DNA from: Raillietiella orientalis
Taxonomy: Eukaryota
Assembly (NCBI GenBank): GCA_036172245.1
Contig: JAYWIR010000004.1
Coordinates: 5,828,001-5,892,000 of the forward strand
DNA: 64,000 bases
Direction: 5' to 3'
Position numbers and translations under genes: made by a program. Positions within the stretch are counted from its first letter, which is position 1, and each line of letters begins with the position of its first letter. Below are positions 1-11,806 of this stretch, one piece after another. The notes below the pieces were generated by a model. It worked only from the letters and a program-made list of their open reading frames with translations, was not told the origin of the DNA and ran no database searches.

Positions 1-1255
1 TTCTATTAGCTACACAACGACTATGGGTTCCACCCAAGCTCCTCCAAATTGGAACACCAAGATACCGCTACCCAAATACACGAAAAAGTGTAGATGCTTT
101 TCTTTGAAGCAAGTGCTCACGGAAAATGGAAAACAAAAAGCATTTCCAAGAGCAGCTCCTTTTGGCGAAGCAAAATGCTCTTGTGAAGTTTTCCTGGTCT
201 GTAAGCAAATGGTGGCTGGTGACTGATGATATAAAGCGCAGACTTGGTTTTATGGTGTTGTATAACAAATCCATATTATGCCAGCTTATTTTCTCTTTCC
301 TTTGTAAGTGCTCTGAAGCCAAATTCCATCCGGGAGAGCACATCGTGAGAGAAACTTCACTAGGAAAATGAGCTTTACAGAATCATCACTCGTCTCACGA
401 AGACGTGATGAAATTCTTTTTGGTAACTCTGGCATCTAGAAATTAGTTTTTCAACGTAACTGGGTTTCTTCGGCTGTCTTCTGAAAGCCAAACTGACTGC
501 ATTGTATTCATTTTCGAATGAATGAAATGGCACATAGTGTTAAAGGTAAACTGAAAAAAACACGCCATTCCAGCGAGTTCCAGAATCTTCGAGTCTTGAA
601 CTTCCATAGTCTCGAAAGATCTGTAATATTTTTCGAGTCGCTAAATCAAACGATGAATATCCATTCTCTCATAAAGAGAGGAGATTAAGCTTCTTCCACT
701 CTCTTTTACTAGCACAAGTTAAGCAAGAGAAAAGTTCTGCTTTTTCTTGATTCCAACATTAATTTTTAAAGCGTTTGGGTTTTTTTATTTTTTTTACTTC
801 AAGAAAAAGCAAAATGAAATCACGATGCAGCTGCAAGGGCTTGAATCGTCTTAAAACGAGAATTTTTCCGGATGGTTTCTAGTAAGTCCTACACTGGGAA
901 TCGAGAATGACTAGATGGAGTAGAAAGAATGTATCCATAGGACAAAAATGGGTTGCCTTCGAGAGAACTCACGTCGGAACAACCGATTTCTCTTAGTAAT
1001 TCAAATATCCAATTACATGGTTGAGAAATGGAATGGAACTAGCTTTCCCAAGATACATGTGGGATGTTCCATTATACTTAGCAGAAGTCGTTCCTCATCC
1101 AGGAAAAGTTGTTTCTTAGTTGGGCGATTTGTGAATTTTTTTTTTTTTTTCTCGGAGAAAGTGCAAGCGTATTTACAGAACCTCTTTAGTTCAAAGACGC
1201 AAAATGTTTGTGAGCCATACAAATGCATGCATTTCAGAATCAAATCAGCACTTAC

Positions 1256-3548
1256 ATTCAAAGGTTGAAATAAAGAGGAGTAAATGACTTCCAGTTCACT
1301 TTCGAATTTCGCTGGACGCAGATGGTAGATAATGTATAATAGCTGCGCCATATTTAAGATCATAAACGTAAAGTTCCAGCTGAAAATGTCTGGGGCACAC
1401 AGCACATTCCAAGCCCAAGTTGAGTACAGTAAGAACCCTAAAAAAATTTCGTGGGATCTAGCAGTTCTTGTTTTGATCCATACATCTTCAAACACTGAAG
1501 CAAGAAAGGCAAAAATTATGTATCGAATTGCATTTACGGTCCTATTTATTCTGTAGCTTACTGACGAAATCACTGAATAACGGTCAGATTTATCAAGTGG
1601 CATTGAACCAAGTGATCTAGGAATTTTTTTCGAGATTCACGGCCACCTTATTTCGGGCATCGCACGTGAAGTACCACAAATTACTGTTTCTTTGCCTTAT
1701 GAAACCTGTAAGATGATTGCTTCAACGGAAACATGAAGTCTTGGAATGAAAATCGCGAAAGAATACAAAACCTCGCTAGAGTACCACAGCTTCAGACAGT
1801 GATTATAAGGAGCAGCAATGTTTTTCGCTGTTTCATGTGGGTTCGAGAAGGGAGAAGAGAGAAGATGGGTGATAAAGGACCAGAGGACAAATGGGAATCC
1901 TTCAAAAATGCTTAAGCAATCGCTTTTTTTTTTCCTTTTAGGGATGTTCGAGGTTTGATTGAGCTTCCTGATTCTTCAGCCATGTCATCTTGTGCTTTCG
2001 CTCATCTTACAGTTTTGCAATTTACCAGAAGCAATTTACCGTCTTTCATGAAATTCATGCCTTCAAAGTTTACCGCCTCTCAATCTGAATGTTGAAAACT
2101 TTTGAAAGCAAGCTTTCAGGATGGAGCAGAATCCTCGCAAAAGACATTGCCTCTTAGATCAGAGGGCATGATGCTAACTTAACCAAAAGGCTATCTTGCA
2201 CTCTAGAAAAGGTCGTTTTCCAAGCCCACGGACTACCCCGTGCACTGCCACCCTCTTATGCCAGACTTATCGCATTGGCTGTACTCATTAAAAAGAACTA
2301 CAATCATGTTCTTTTGAGGAGCTCTTTTGAAACCGTTTGTAACAAAACTGCAACAGAGAAGCTGCATGCTCTGCATTTCTGGAAGTGCTATTTTGTTCCG
2401 TGTGGCCAGCAGCGACAGGAAACATCATCGTCATCATCTGTCTTTGTTCGAGCAAAACCCCTCTTGTTAGAACGCTCTAATGCAAAAGACACCTTCAATA
2501 AATTTCTATAATGTATTTACATGCAGCTGTTGACTTGCACCATGAATGAATCATTGAATCATTCAACAAGTAGGTTGCTCCACAGAACACCTCCTAGACA
2601 TATTAGGAGGGGAAGAAAAAAAAAAAAAAAGATCAGAGAATTATACAGGAAGTTATCATTCAATGTACACGTATATGAAATAACCGTTAGGAAAGCCAAA
2701 TTAGGATAGTCGCTCACTGAATCCATTAGAATTGCATATCTACGCCTGAAGTTTGCAGCATAAGACCAGGAATGTATCGTCGAAGACTTCTGCAGAGCAC
2801 TTAGTTTCAGCTACTTACCGCAGGCAAAAAAAAAAAAAAAAATCATCCAAAAAGAAATTCCATGTTATACGTTGCACAGTTGAATGGCAAATAGCGCATA
2901 GATAAATGATTTATCATGAATGCTGGTGAAAACACTGGTCTGGTCTTGGTAAAGTGATCGTTCCATCAAACTTTAGTGCAATTCCGACTAGTGTAACTCC
3001 CTAGACTCCTGATATTCAAAACCATTTGAGATTCGGAATGAGAAAGAATGACGAAGATGACTTCAATTCGTAAAAGATGAAACAATTCTACAGTTAGGCA
3101 CTGATGCAAACTGTCTGCAAATACAGATCGGTACCGATTTAGCAATGTACAGCGAGACGAGGTTTTAAGCAACTGAATTCGTGTCATGTTTCTAGATCTA
3201 AAATCAACACACGCACATCTACATACCTATAATCAAGAGGCCATGCATAAAAAGCATGCCTTCTCGTTTAGCTGGAGACAAATACGAAAGGAGGAAACAC
3301 AAATTCGCAAGCTGAAACAGGATATGTTGAGGTGGTTTCCATTCGTAGCATGGCAATATGGAACCTTGAAAACAGTTCCGTCAAAGGAACGAATGCATTG
3401 CTTTCGTAGAAATGGGAATTTTCTTCGAGGAAAAGGTGGAAATCACTTTGAAGACTCACCGAGAAAGCTCACATTATATGGAGGAAGCGACGAGAATTTC
3501 CGAAACTCCCCGCTGGTGGCATCCAGATTCAAATCGTCGTCATGGTTC
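1256..3548 (-). CDS. Popeye domain-containing protein (POPDC/BVES family, POPDC3-like), partial: exons 3460-3548, 3227-3364, 1256-1437; downstream exons lie beyond the left edge; start codon not located
   Basis: Spliced translation ...PYNVSFL/GSILPCYEWKPPQHILFQLANLCFLLSYLSPAKREGMLFMHGLLII/GFLLYSTWAWNVLCAPDIFSWNFTFMILNMAQLLYIIYHLRPAKFESELEVIYSSLFQPLN matches the three-TM N-terminus of Popeye proteins. Junctions are GT-AG and phase-compatible. Confidence 0.9.
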
Positions 3549-6500
3549 CTGATTTGCATACTCGCATTCACATGGTATCAAGTTTTCTTGATCAAGAAAC
3601 TTACAGATGAAGAACTAGCCGTGTATGCGCATGGTTGTTGCGACATGCATAACCAACAGGCAATCGATTTCCCTATAGTCAGATGTATTACCAAATTCCA
3701 AGAGTTTATCACTGGATCCTTAGGCACGCGGGAAGGGATCGCCTGAAAGCACTGATGATCTGCTAGTGTACTCGATTTTCCAGCACTCAGGCGACAGAGA
3801 GGAAGCAGATGAAAGGGAGTCAGCCACGGGATTTCGCATGAATATCGGAAAAACCTGCTCGCCGAAAAGAATATGGTGGTGGCTACGGCGGGGCCAGGAT
3901 TTTCATCCGGGTCAGTTCCCAGGTGAATTGAGCATCGAGCTCTGGAGTTGCGTCTTGGAGCAGCAATGGCTGCTTGAAAAACAGACATGCACAGACCAAG
4001 TCTGGGGGATCGCACAAAATCATGTCTTTGTTTCCTCCTTCTTTTTTTCTTTTTTCAATACAAAGAACAAGGCACGAAAGTTCCTCCCCTGACAGCCACC
4101 TGAACTTTGAAGAGCCGTGAACAAGCTGTGAGCATTCTTTTGTGTGGAGAATCCGTCCGTGTTTACTCTGTGCATGACAAACACGATTTTTCGGAATTGC
4201 GGATTCTGATACCGCAAGTTTTGATCGAAAATTCGTATCACCCCACGTAGCACTCTCGGCACACTTTGGTGTACGCATGCTGAAAAACGAAGCTCTCAGC
4301 ATCACTTTGGAAAACGATTCGAAAGACTTCGAGAGCTCCGGCTGCTCATACATTCAAGCAGTCTCTAAGAACGCAAAAAAATACTAAACGGTGAGACATA
4401 AGCAGAACAACGGATTAGGGCGCGAACTTGAATCTGGGAGGGAAGCTGTATAATCTGAGTTTTCATACCGACGCTAAAAACCTCAGTTTCCGGATGAAAA
4501 AAAAAAAAAAAATCTAGCTTGGGAAACAACAGACTTTTAAATTAGACCCATTGCATTTTCCAGATATCCAACGGCTGCAGTGACACACTCCTTCATCTGA
4601 AAGAGTAGCAGATATAAATCAGCTTCGCATTCCCATTCGATTCTCATGATGGCTAAAAATAACTCCAGGAATTTCATCGGAATATGATCTGGGACAACGC
4701 TGGTACAGGGGAGGGGTCGTCTGCGGGGACACGTGGCGACGGTCTGGGATCTGGCGTTCATTTTAGCTCGTCTTTGCAGCGCTGGTGTCGGGGCGGCTTG
4801 CCACACTTCCTGGAGAACGGATAAATTACAAGACGAGCACTGCAAAGGAAAAATTACTTTTCATTTCCTGCCATCTGGAACAAGTATTAAGTGGATTACT
4901 TTCCTCCGTTTGGTTCATTTAGGTTTCACGTAACCATGTAATTCTCTTCTCCTCGAGTTATACGGAATCGTACACACGCGAAAGAAATCCCTGGCTGTTT
5001 CCGAGTGAACAAAAATCCTTTCCGAAGTCTGTCAGCTCGGAATCAGAAGCAGTCCTCTAACGAGAAAAAATTGGCAGCAGCACATCTCGGCAGAATGGAA
5101 TGGAAATGGAAATGAAACGTTAGAATGAAATATCAATCTATTCAGGGAAATGAGATGAGGTTAATTAATAACTGAAACAAAATCATTGCACTAGGAAAGT
5201 ATTTCACAGTGGATAGGAACCCTTTACTCTTCTTTTTAATCCAAGGAATACTGGATTTTCTCAGTTTCAAGTATCCAGGACACCCTGTGAAAAGCTCGCT
5301 CACTGATCTTTTTGGTTGGCAGGAATCTGTTGCTACGAAATCGTTCACTCATTTTGTGCAGCAACGGATCTGTCTACCTAGGAGGCATCTGTCAGCTTGG
5401 GACAAAAGCAGAAACGTGTGAATCTGTTTGTTTATCAGGGTCATCAGTTTTCGTTTGCACGCTTCACATTTATTTCAAGCTCGTTTCGCATTAGGAATTT
5501 AAAACATCTGTCCACTTTGTCACATTAAAGTCCATTTTCACATCAAATTTCTCTCAAGACTGGTTACCAAACATAACTATGGTTCAGTCCGTTACTGCAT
5601 GAACACATCATAAATTTTCACTTAGGACTTCCAGTAAATCCTGTATATTTGGAGTTGTCGAGATTTTTTGAAGTTCTCTCGAAACTCCTATTACGATTCC
5701 ATTGTAGTGCAGCAACTGATCTCCTCATCCACCGACTGAATGACTTCACCATCTCTTGTGATAAACATTTAAAAAATGGAAACAAGTTGCGAAATTCCAC
5801 GGTTCTTTTATATTGGAAATTTTTATAATAATTACATTTTTAGAATTAATGGTCCCTGGCAATGAACCATTCAATCGATCCTTTTTTTAGTCATTGGGCA
5901 TATGAGATTTGTAATGATCCGCGAATCACACGAAGTGGTCTCATCCGTTCTTTCCTTTGGATGTGGTTCTTGCAACCCGAACACTACTGGTTAACATAAT
6001 AACATTTTATGGTAAACTTCCGAATGAACATGCCGATTTAGGAAAATAATAAAAATAATAAACATCGACTAGAGAAACTTTTTTCGATTCGCCAGGGAGC
6101 CTTTGGATATTGAATTTTTTTACTCGTTGGAGTTGAATTCAGAAATCACTGCGTTTCCCAAGATCATGCCAATGATTCTCAAATCTCATGTAACTGTGTC
6201 CTATTTGAAGTGATTTGATTTCTTATCCTCAATAAATAAACCTCAACTTTATTTAGACTCAAAAGAAAAATATTCATTTAATTGGAATGCTTGAAAATTC
6301 CTTAATTCCTAGTGAACTCAGGTGCTGCAAAGGGCTGTCTCCAAGCCCTGCTTGCAGGGCAGTACTTTGCTCAGGAAAAATCTTCGAACGAGCATAAATA
6401 CAATTTTCTGCACTCAAGTTCTTTCGTAGCCACTGAGTGTTTGGATGCCCGAGACGGTGGACCGCTTCGTTGATTTTTGTTTGAATGCAGGGAACAAGAA

Positions 6501-7547
6501 TATGTCCACAGCTTGATAGCTCATTCTTGAACAACTCCATCTTAACTGAAATAGCTGCAACTTTTCCACCTCGTCCTTTCCATCCTTGTATGGTTCTTCT
6601 TATCAGAATACTCCTGCTGAAAAAGGTAAAGAAAAAGGTCTTCGTGTGGAGTAGATGAGAAAGGTGATAGTCTCATCCTACTTTTTCACAGCAAGGATAT
6701 CTACCGAGTGACTCGGCTTGGCCATACGAAAGAGAAGCACCAGGTTAACTCACCAAACTCTAGCAGTCACATCATACAGCAGATGGGTTTAATTGAATGA
6801 TGCACATGTAGATATCTATACAGGAGTTTCCACGTTTCCAGGTGAATAATCCCAATGAAGTTCAGTTGACCAGACCAAACAGATGGCGAAGACCCCGTTC
6901 CTGAATTCTTGTATTCCCAAAATATTTTTCAAAAATAAAGCTGCTCTTACCGGCCAAATATCTGATACACTACCTATCCAGTGTATAGTGTCCTATGGGT
7001 ATTTTCAATAAATCATCGTGTATAGCATTAAGATGCAGTGTAGGAGATTCCTTGCAATCATATGATTCCAGTCCATCTTCAATCTTCCCATAATTCACGT
7101 GTTTTCCGCGTTACGCGTCTTTGACGATGGACCTCCATTTGGAGCAGCTAGTGACTCTTACAATATGTGCCAACAGCCCATATTCCTCATGGCAAGAATT
7201 CTTTTCTGGATAACTACATTGTTTTGGATCATGGAATATAGAGGAGGAGTAATCAAATTGAAGTCAGTTCTTTCTCACCACTTCATTATTTTCCGGGATG
7301 CATTACATGATACTTGTCTACTCACGAAGTCTATGTTCACGTCTCATGAGCTAATTCTTATTTGGCTCAACGACCACAGGAACGTAACTATGGATGTTGG
7401 CGTCTTGCTGTGGAGCATGTGCCCACTCTTGACGGAGTTGCCGATCTCCAGCAAAGGTTGCGCATCTAGTTTTACCCCATGTGCGCCTCTTCAACTAGCA
7501 GAATGTGATTGACGAATAAAGAAGAGACAGACTAAGATATCTGATAT

Positions 7548-7583
7548 ATCGCTTCTCGGCCTTTTGGCTAAGATCAAAGTGTA
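7548..7583 (+). pseudogene. U2: U2 snRNA 5' fragment (first 36 nt), truncated inside the branch-point recognition sequence
   Basis: ATCGCTTCTCGGCCTTTTGGCTAAGATCAAAGTGTA matches the conserved U2 5' end. It then continues TGAAAGG instead of GTATCTGTTC; no stem II or Sm site follows. Confidence 0.85.
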
Positions 7584-7835
7584 TGAAAGGTCTCTGTCAC
7601 TGACCTCCTTAAGAGAATACGGAAATCTGTTGGTGCATTTCGTCCTTTTAAAGAGTCGCCACATGTTCACCATCGCCTTTCCATCCCAAGTGGGGTGATC
7701 CCAAATGTGTGTGTGTGTGTTTTTTTTGCTTATTCGGAGACCATACAAACGGAGAAGGGCACTGGCTCTTCGGTAGGGCTAGGTCGTGCAGAGAGTGCCT
7801 TCTTCTACTTTCTTCCATTGAAAATGGCGTTTACT

Positions 7836-7866
7836 TTTGATATTAGCCAAAAGGCAGAAAAGCGAT
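7836..7866 (-). pseudogene. U2: Second, more diverged U2 snRNA 5' fragment (31 nt)
   Basis: Minus strand ATCGCTTTTCTGCCTTTTGGCTAATATCAAA, 28/31 identical to the copy at 7548. Confidence 0.75.
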
Positions 7867-8624
7867 ATATCAGATATCTTAGTCTGTCTCTTCTTTATTC
7901 GTCAATCACATTCTGCTAGTTGAAGAGGCGCACATGGGTAAGTTCATGGAAGATCCTGTTCTCCTTCTTTCTGGGTGCTGTCTCAGGCTTTGTTCAGATG
8001 CCCCCACAACTACGATTTGTTCTTCAAGAACCTTCATTGCATGCACTCTTCTTCTGAGAGCCAATCCCCAGTTTTCCGTCCTGTTTGCTGGACCTTTCTC
8101 TCCTTCACGGTTTCTCGGAAGGCACGCCTGGAGCACTCGTTTGCAGAAGATACTGAGACAGCATCCTTTTGGATTGTCTTCCGTACTTCTCTGAATGGGA
8201 CAAAGTCCTCCCATAAGGCCTCTGGGAGCGATTTACAAGGGTCTTTTTTACTGTAGAGGACGGCATTTTTGCTGATACCCGTTATTATCTTTCCGTTCAG
8301 ACTAATGCCCTTTTCTGTGAAGTCATCAATCAGTACGATGCTGAAGGCCTAAACCGAGAACTTACTAATGAAAAAATGATGAGCGCGATGTGAGCAAAGT
8401 TTAGCTCCTTTTTATGCAAGGCTAGAACGATTTTGCGTTTCGCGTGATTTTTGATGGCACTTTGAAGTTAATTATATCCACCTTCGGATCCGCATTCTCT
8501 GTGGACTCATTCATGTTGCGTACTCTTTTTTCTAATGTGACTGTATTTTCGCTGCAGATCGCGAAGGGCAACAACCAGAGGTGTGGGTGGACCTCTGGTT
8601 GTTGCTGACGCTGCCAAGATTGAG

Positions 8625-8668
8625 GAGTCCACAGAGGAGGTAGTCACTACTCCCTCCTCTGTGGACTC
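8625..8668. repeat. Perfect 16-bp hairpin
   Basis: GAGTCCACAGAGGAGG (8625-8640) pairs with CCTCCTCTGTGGACTC (8653-8668). Confidence 0.85.
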
Positions 8669-10326
8669 TTTGGTGGCTGCAACGGACAGAGAGTGTAGCA
8701 GCAAGCCATCTGTGCCGGCGGCCCCGATAAAATGTTGTCGGAAAACAGAATGCTGAGAGAACCTTGCTTTTCTATATAGCAGTATACTTTTACTGAGCTT
8801 CTTGAATAAGTAGGGGTGATAAAGATTCTCAGTCAGCTTGAGATGCCTTTGGGATCCTAAATGTCTGTTCTGAACTTACGAAAAGTGCTGTAACGACATA
8901 TTACTACAAGAGGAGACCCTTATTTCGGTGAAAAAGACGAGCCCACTTGAAAGTGCACAGTTTCAGTAATTTCACTTTCATTTTGTTTACATCCTAGATT
9001 TCGGATAGGGCGTAGGCGATACGAATGGACGGATGGCCGTGGTTACCAAGCTCGTCCCCACAGTGCAACAAATTCAACACCATTCATTCATTAACCATAA
9101 ACATATACATCTTTCCGTAGAAATTCAGCTCTTATCAAAGCAAATCTTATTCAGCTCTTATCTCTTTTAAATCTAATAATTTTAAACTTAATGAAATCGA
9201 TTAAATTGCGTGTATGCGATGCATTTGTATTTTTCATTATGAAGCAAATGTTGATAAATTATTTTGGGTAAATCTTGCGATGCTACCCTCTGGCTGCAAC
9301 GAAATATTTGATTGAAAAACAATCCAGAAACCCAATGCTACCAAGACTCCCTGAATGCTGCAATTACAATTTAAAATCCATCTATGATTTGCGATTAGAA
9401 AAAAGTCAACTTCTTGGTTCGTCGAAACAAACTAATGCAGTAACCCAATTTTTTCTTTTAGTCATTTAAAGTACTAGATGTTAATGAAACTTTTATCGAC
9501 TAGGGTACTGTAACTCCGTAAAAAGCTTAATGAACTAAAATCTAGAATCAATCACGCTGAAAACAAAGTAATTAAGTTCAATTTTGAAAGATGAATACCG
9601 AATCAAACTCCCTGAATGCATTTTGGAGATTGATTTTGCATTGTTCTGGATGGATCCAAGGTTGAGTTCATAAGCTTGGAATCAAATCCTACTGCACAAT
9701 ATGATTCCAATTCTTCATAATGCACATCCATCACTTTTTTGATGCTCTAAACAGGTGGAAACCAAGTTTTCATCTAATGGGAAATTTTTGTTAAGGATCG
9801 GGGTGTTACAAAACGTGCTATTTTCATTAGATGCCACTGAAAACAATAACAATAATTGATACTCAAAATTTTCCAAACTATTAAATATCATTATCAGTGG
9901 TGCTTTCCTTTATTTACTTGCTGAGTACTTAAAATGTATTTTTTAATTTTATTTCCAAATTTTTTTTTTTTACAAATTTATAAGTATAAGTATTATCTGA
10001 TTCCATAATATTTAATCACAGATACAACTGTACTGTACCATACTCGTTCACTGCAGCTCATTCAGCTTCATCCTCTTTAACATTGTGAATGAAAGAGATA
10101 AAGAATTAATGCTTTCTGCGTATTTCAGAAAATAACACAAGAACTATAAGCTAACAATAAACACAAAATTATTGTATGATATATAGCTGTATTTGTTGTG
10201 ATGTTGAATAATTCTTACTGCTTCATGTCTATACATCTCTGTAAACAGGAAACTCTTAGGAGAATTCTAAAAAAGAGAACAAAAATCCAAATGAAGATGT
10301 AATGAAGCAAAGCTGCTGATTTTGCA

Positions 10327-11806
10327 TTAATAAATTTCCTTTGGTGCATCCTTTCCATATAACATGAACCAGGAGGCTGGATATCTCCAGGACTGGTTGA
10401 TATTAGTAGGCTGACAATAAAAGAGATCAGATTAGCATATAAAAAAAATACCTACAGGAAGCAGAGACAAGAACTGATTCAACTGACCAGCTAAACAAAC
10501 AGCATCAAAAATATTGTCTCCCTCAGAACAAAAACGAACCAACACCAACAGTGGTATCCTTTCTTGCAGGCTTCATACAAAAGCATAGGCATAATCACAT
10601 GAAAGCAGTTCACATGAATTTTACCATTTTTGAACAAATAATTTGGAAAATCCTCCTCCAGGAAGAAATATTTGACTTTGGCTTTCTCCATCAGATGCTT
10701 TATAAAATTTGGTTTCTATGAATTTCCACCCTAAACTATACACAAGTATATAGAAACAAAGTAGAATACATTTTACCTTTCATGCATTCTATCTCCAGTG
10801 GTTGTAAGATAACGAAATCCATCGTCTTTGATCTGGACATCTCCTCTTTCAAAAGCATGGCAGCTTGTTAACATAATCAGCTGGCTAAAATTTTCCTCCT
10901 TGCACCAATTAATGAAGGCATCAACAAAATGCTTCCGCTGATTCTATAAATTACTACCTTAATCAAATCATTATCCCAAATTTCAACTAACCAATATAAG
11001 AAGAGATCTCAACTGGATAAAAACCAAAGAATGATTAACATCTACAAAAGCTGAAACACTTTTCAAGGTAAAAATGGCAAACAAGGAAAGAAGTTTAGTT
11101 TAAAGAGTTGGTGCACACCTTCACAAGCTGTCATTATCTCTTCAGAGTTGTCTCTATAAGGATCTGTACCAACAACTGGTATCACAGCCTTATGTGATAT
11201 TAGGCAAACTTTGACAACTTGCAAAGTAGATAACAGAAGATCCATACACAGCTGGCCAACATTACCAACACTTACAGAGGGCTGAAATAACGATGGGATC
11301 ATTTCTTGGTATTCATCACCGTTTTTTTATTATCAAACATAAACCAAACTTTATAACAAACACTAATTTAATAGGAATACAGTTGATTTTCTATTAACTC
11401 GAAACCCATATTTGACTATAAAAAAAAAAAAGGTCTGTAAATGTTAACTACTTTTCATGCCCAGTTTGGGCTACGAATTTGAAAATGGTGTACTCAAGAC
11501 TTTCACAGCAAATCAGCATTCTTTATGGATTTTCAAAATATGCAATCTAAAATATTAGACAGCTGAAAAAAACTACCAATTTCTGGAATTGGGAGAAACA
11601 AAAAGTCGGGTAGGTTATCTTTGCATTCACAATTGGTAACTGTATAATATAGTATTAATATATATTAAACAAAAATTGCATACCAGTAATATGAGAACTG
11701 TTTTTTAATGCGATTAATCAAAGTCATAACTTACAATTAATAATTTAAAACCATTCCAATTTGGCTTCTCCCTCACATATTTTATTTTTAAACTATCATC
11801 TACCAT
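10327..11806 (-). CDS. PSMG2: Proteasome assembly chaperone 2 (PAC2), 7 coding exons: 11735-11806, 11119-11281, 10992-11050, 10777-10943, 10625-10735, 10456-10570, 10327-10410; 256 aa
   Basis: Spliced protein MVDDSLKIKYVREKPNWNGFKLLI/PSVSVGNVGQLCMDLLLSTL...IPVVGTDPY...IQLRS...IFLPGGGFSK...RFCSEGDNIFDA...WRYPASWFMLYGKDAPKEIY* has the PAC2 motifs SVGNVGQL, PGGG, SEGDN and PxSW. Exons sum to 771 nt and all introns are GT-AG. Confidence 0.93.

Larger units (their letters stand above)
7472..7941. repeat. Inverted-repeat (foldback/MITE-like) cassette, arms about 7472-7578 and 7836-7941, flanked by TA
   Basis: 7476-7547 is the exact 72-bp reverse complement of 7867-7938, and similarity continues inward through the U2-like segments. 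Ends read TA|CCCCATG ... CATGGG|TA. Confidence 0.9.
6274..8350 (-). mobile_element. Probable decayed non-LTR retrotransposon relic of the restriction-like-endonuclease (R2/NeSL-like) type
   Basis: The minus frame at 6274-6616 reads ...ELSSCGHILVPCIQTKINEAVHRLGHPNTQWLRKNLSAENCIYARSKIFPEQSTALQAGL, resembling the E-x-x-x-H-I-L-x-x-C...R-H...(K)PD zinc-knuckle/RLE region. 7940-8350 has a long frame broken by stops (MQ*RFLKNKS*LWGHL). No YADD/QGxPLS RT core was seen. Confidence 0.35.

Noticed and set aside
3186..3746. 186-aa plus-strand ORF
   Set aside because: Antisense shadow of the Popeye exons.
4537..4845. GC-rich minus-strand ORF; another frame ends ...CKDELK*
   Set aside because: No recognisable family and no convincing upstream exon; may be part of the Popeye 5' region.
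6760..6790. Minus-strand TGT ATG ATG TGA could read as a CxxU selenoprotein motif
   Set aside because: It lies in a stop-ridden probable retroelement relic, has no similarity to thioredoxin-fold selenoproteins, and no SECIS was seen.
7548..7740. Functional full-length U2 snRNA gene
   Set aside because: Similarity stops at nt 36; stems IIa/IIb, the canonical Sm site and stems III-IV are absent.
9028..9080. GGATGGCCGTGGTTA resembling a tRNA A-box / SINE head
   Set aside because: No B-box (GTTCGA) and no cloverleaf.
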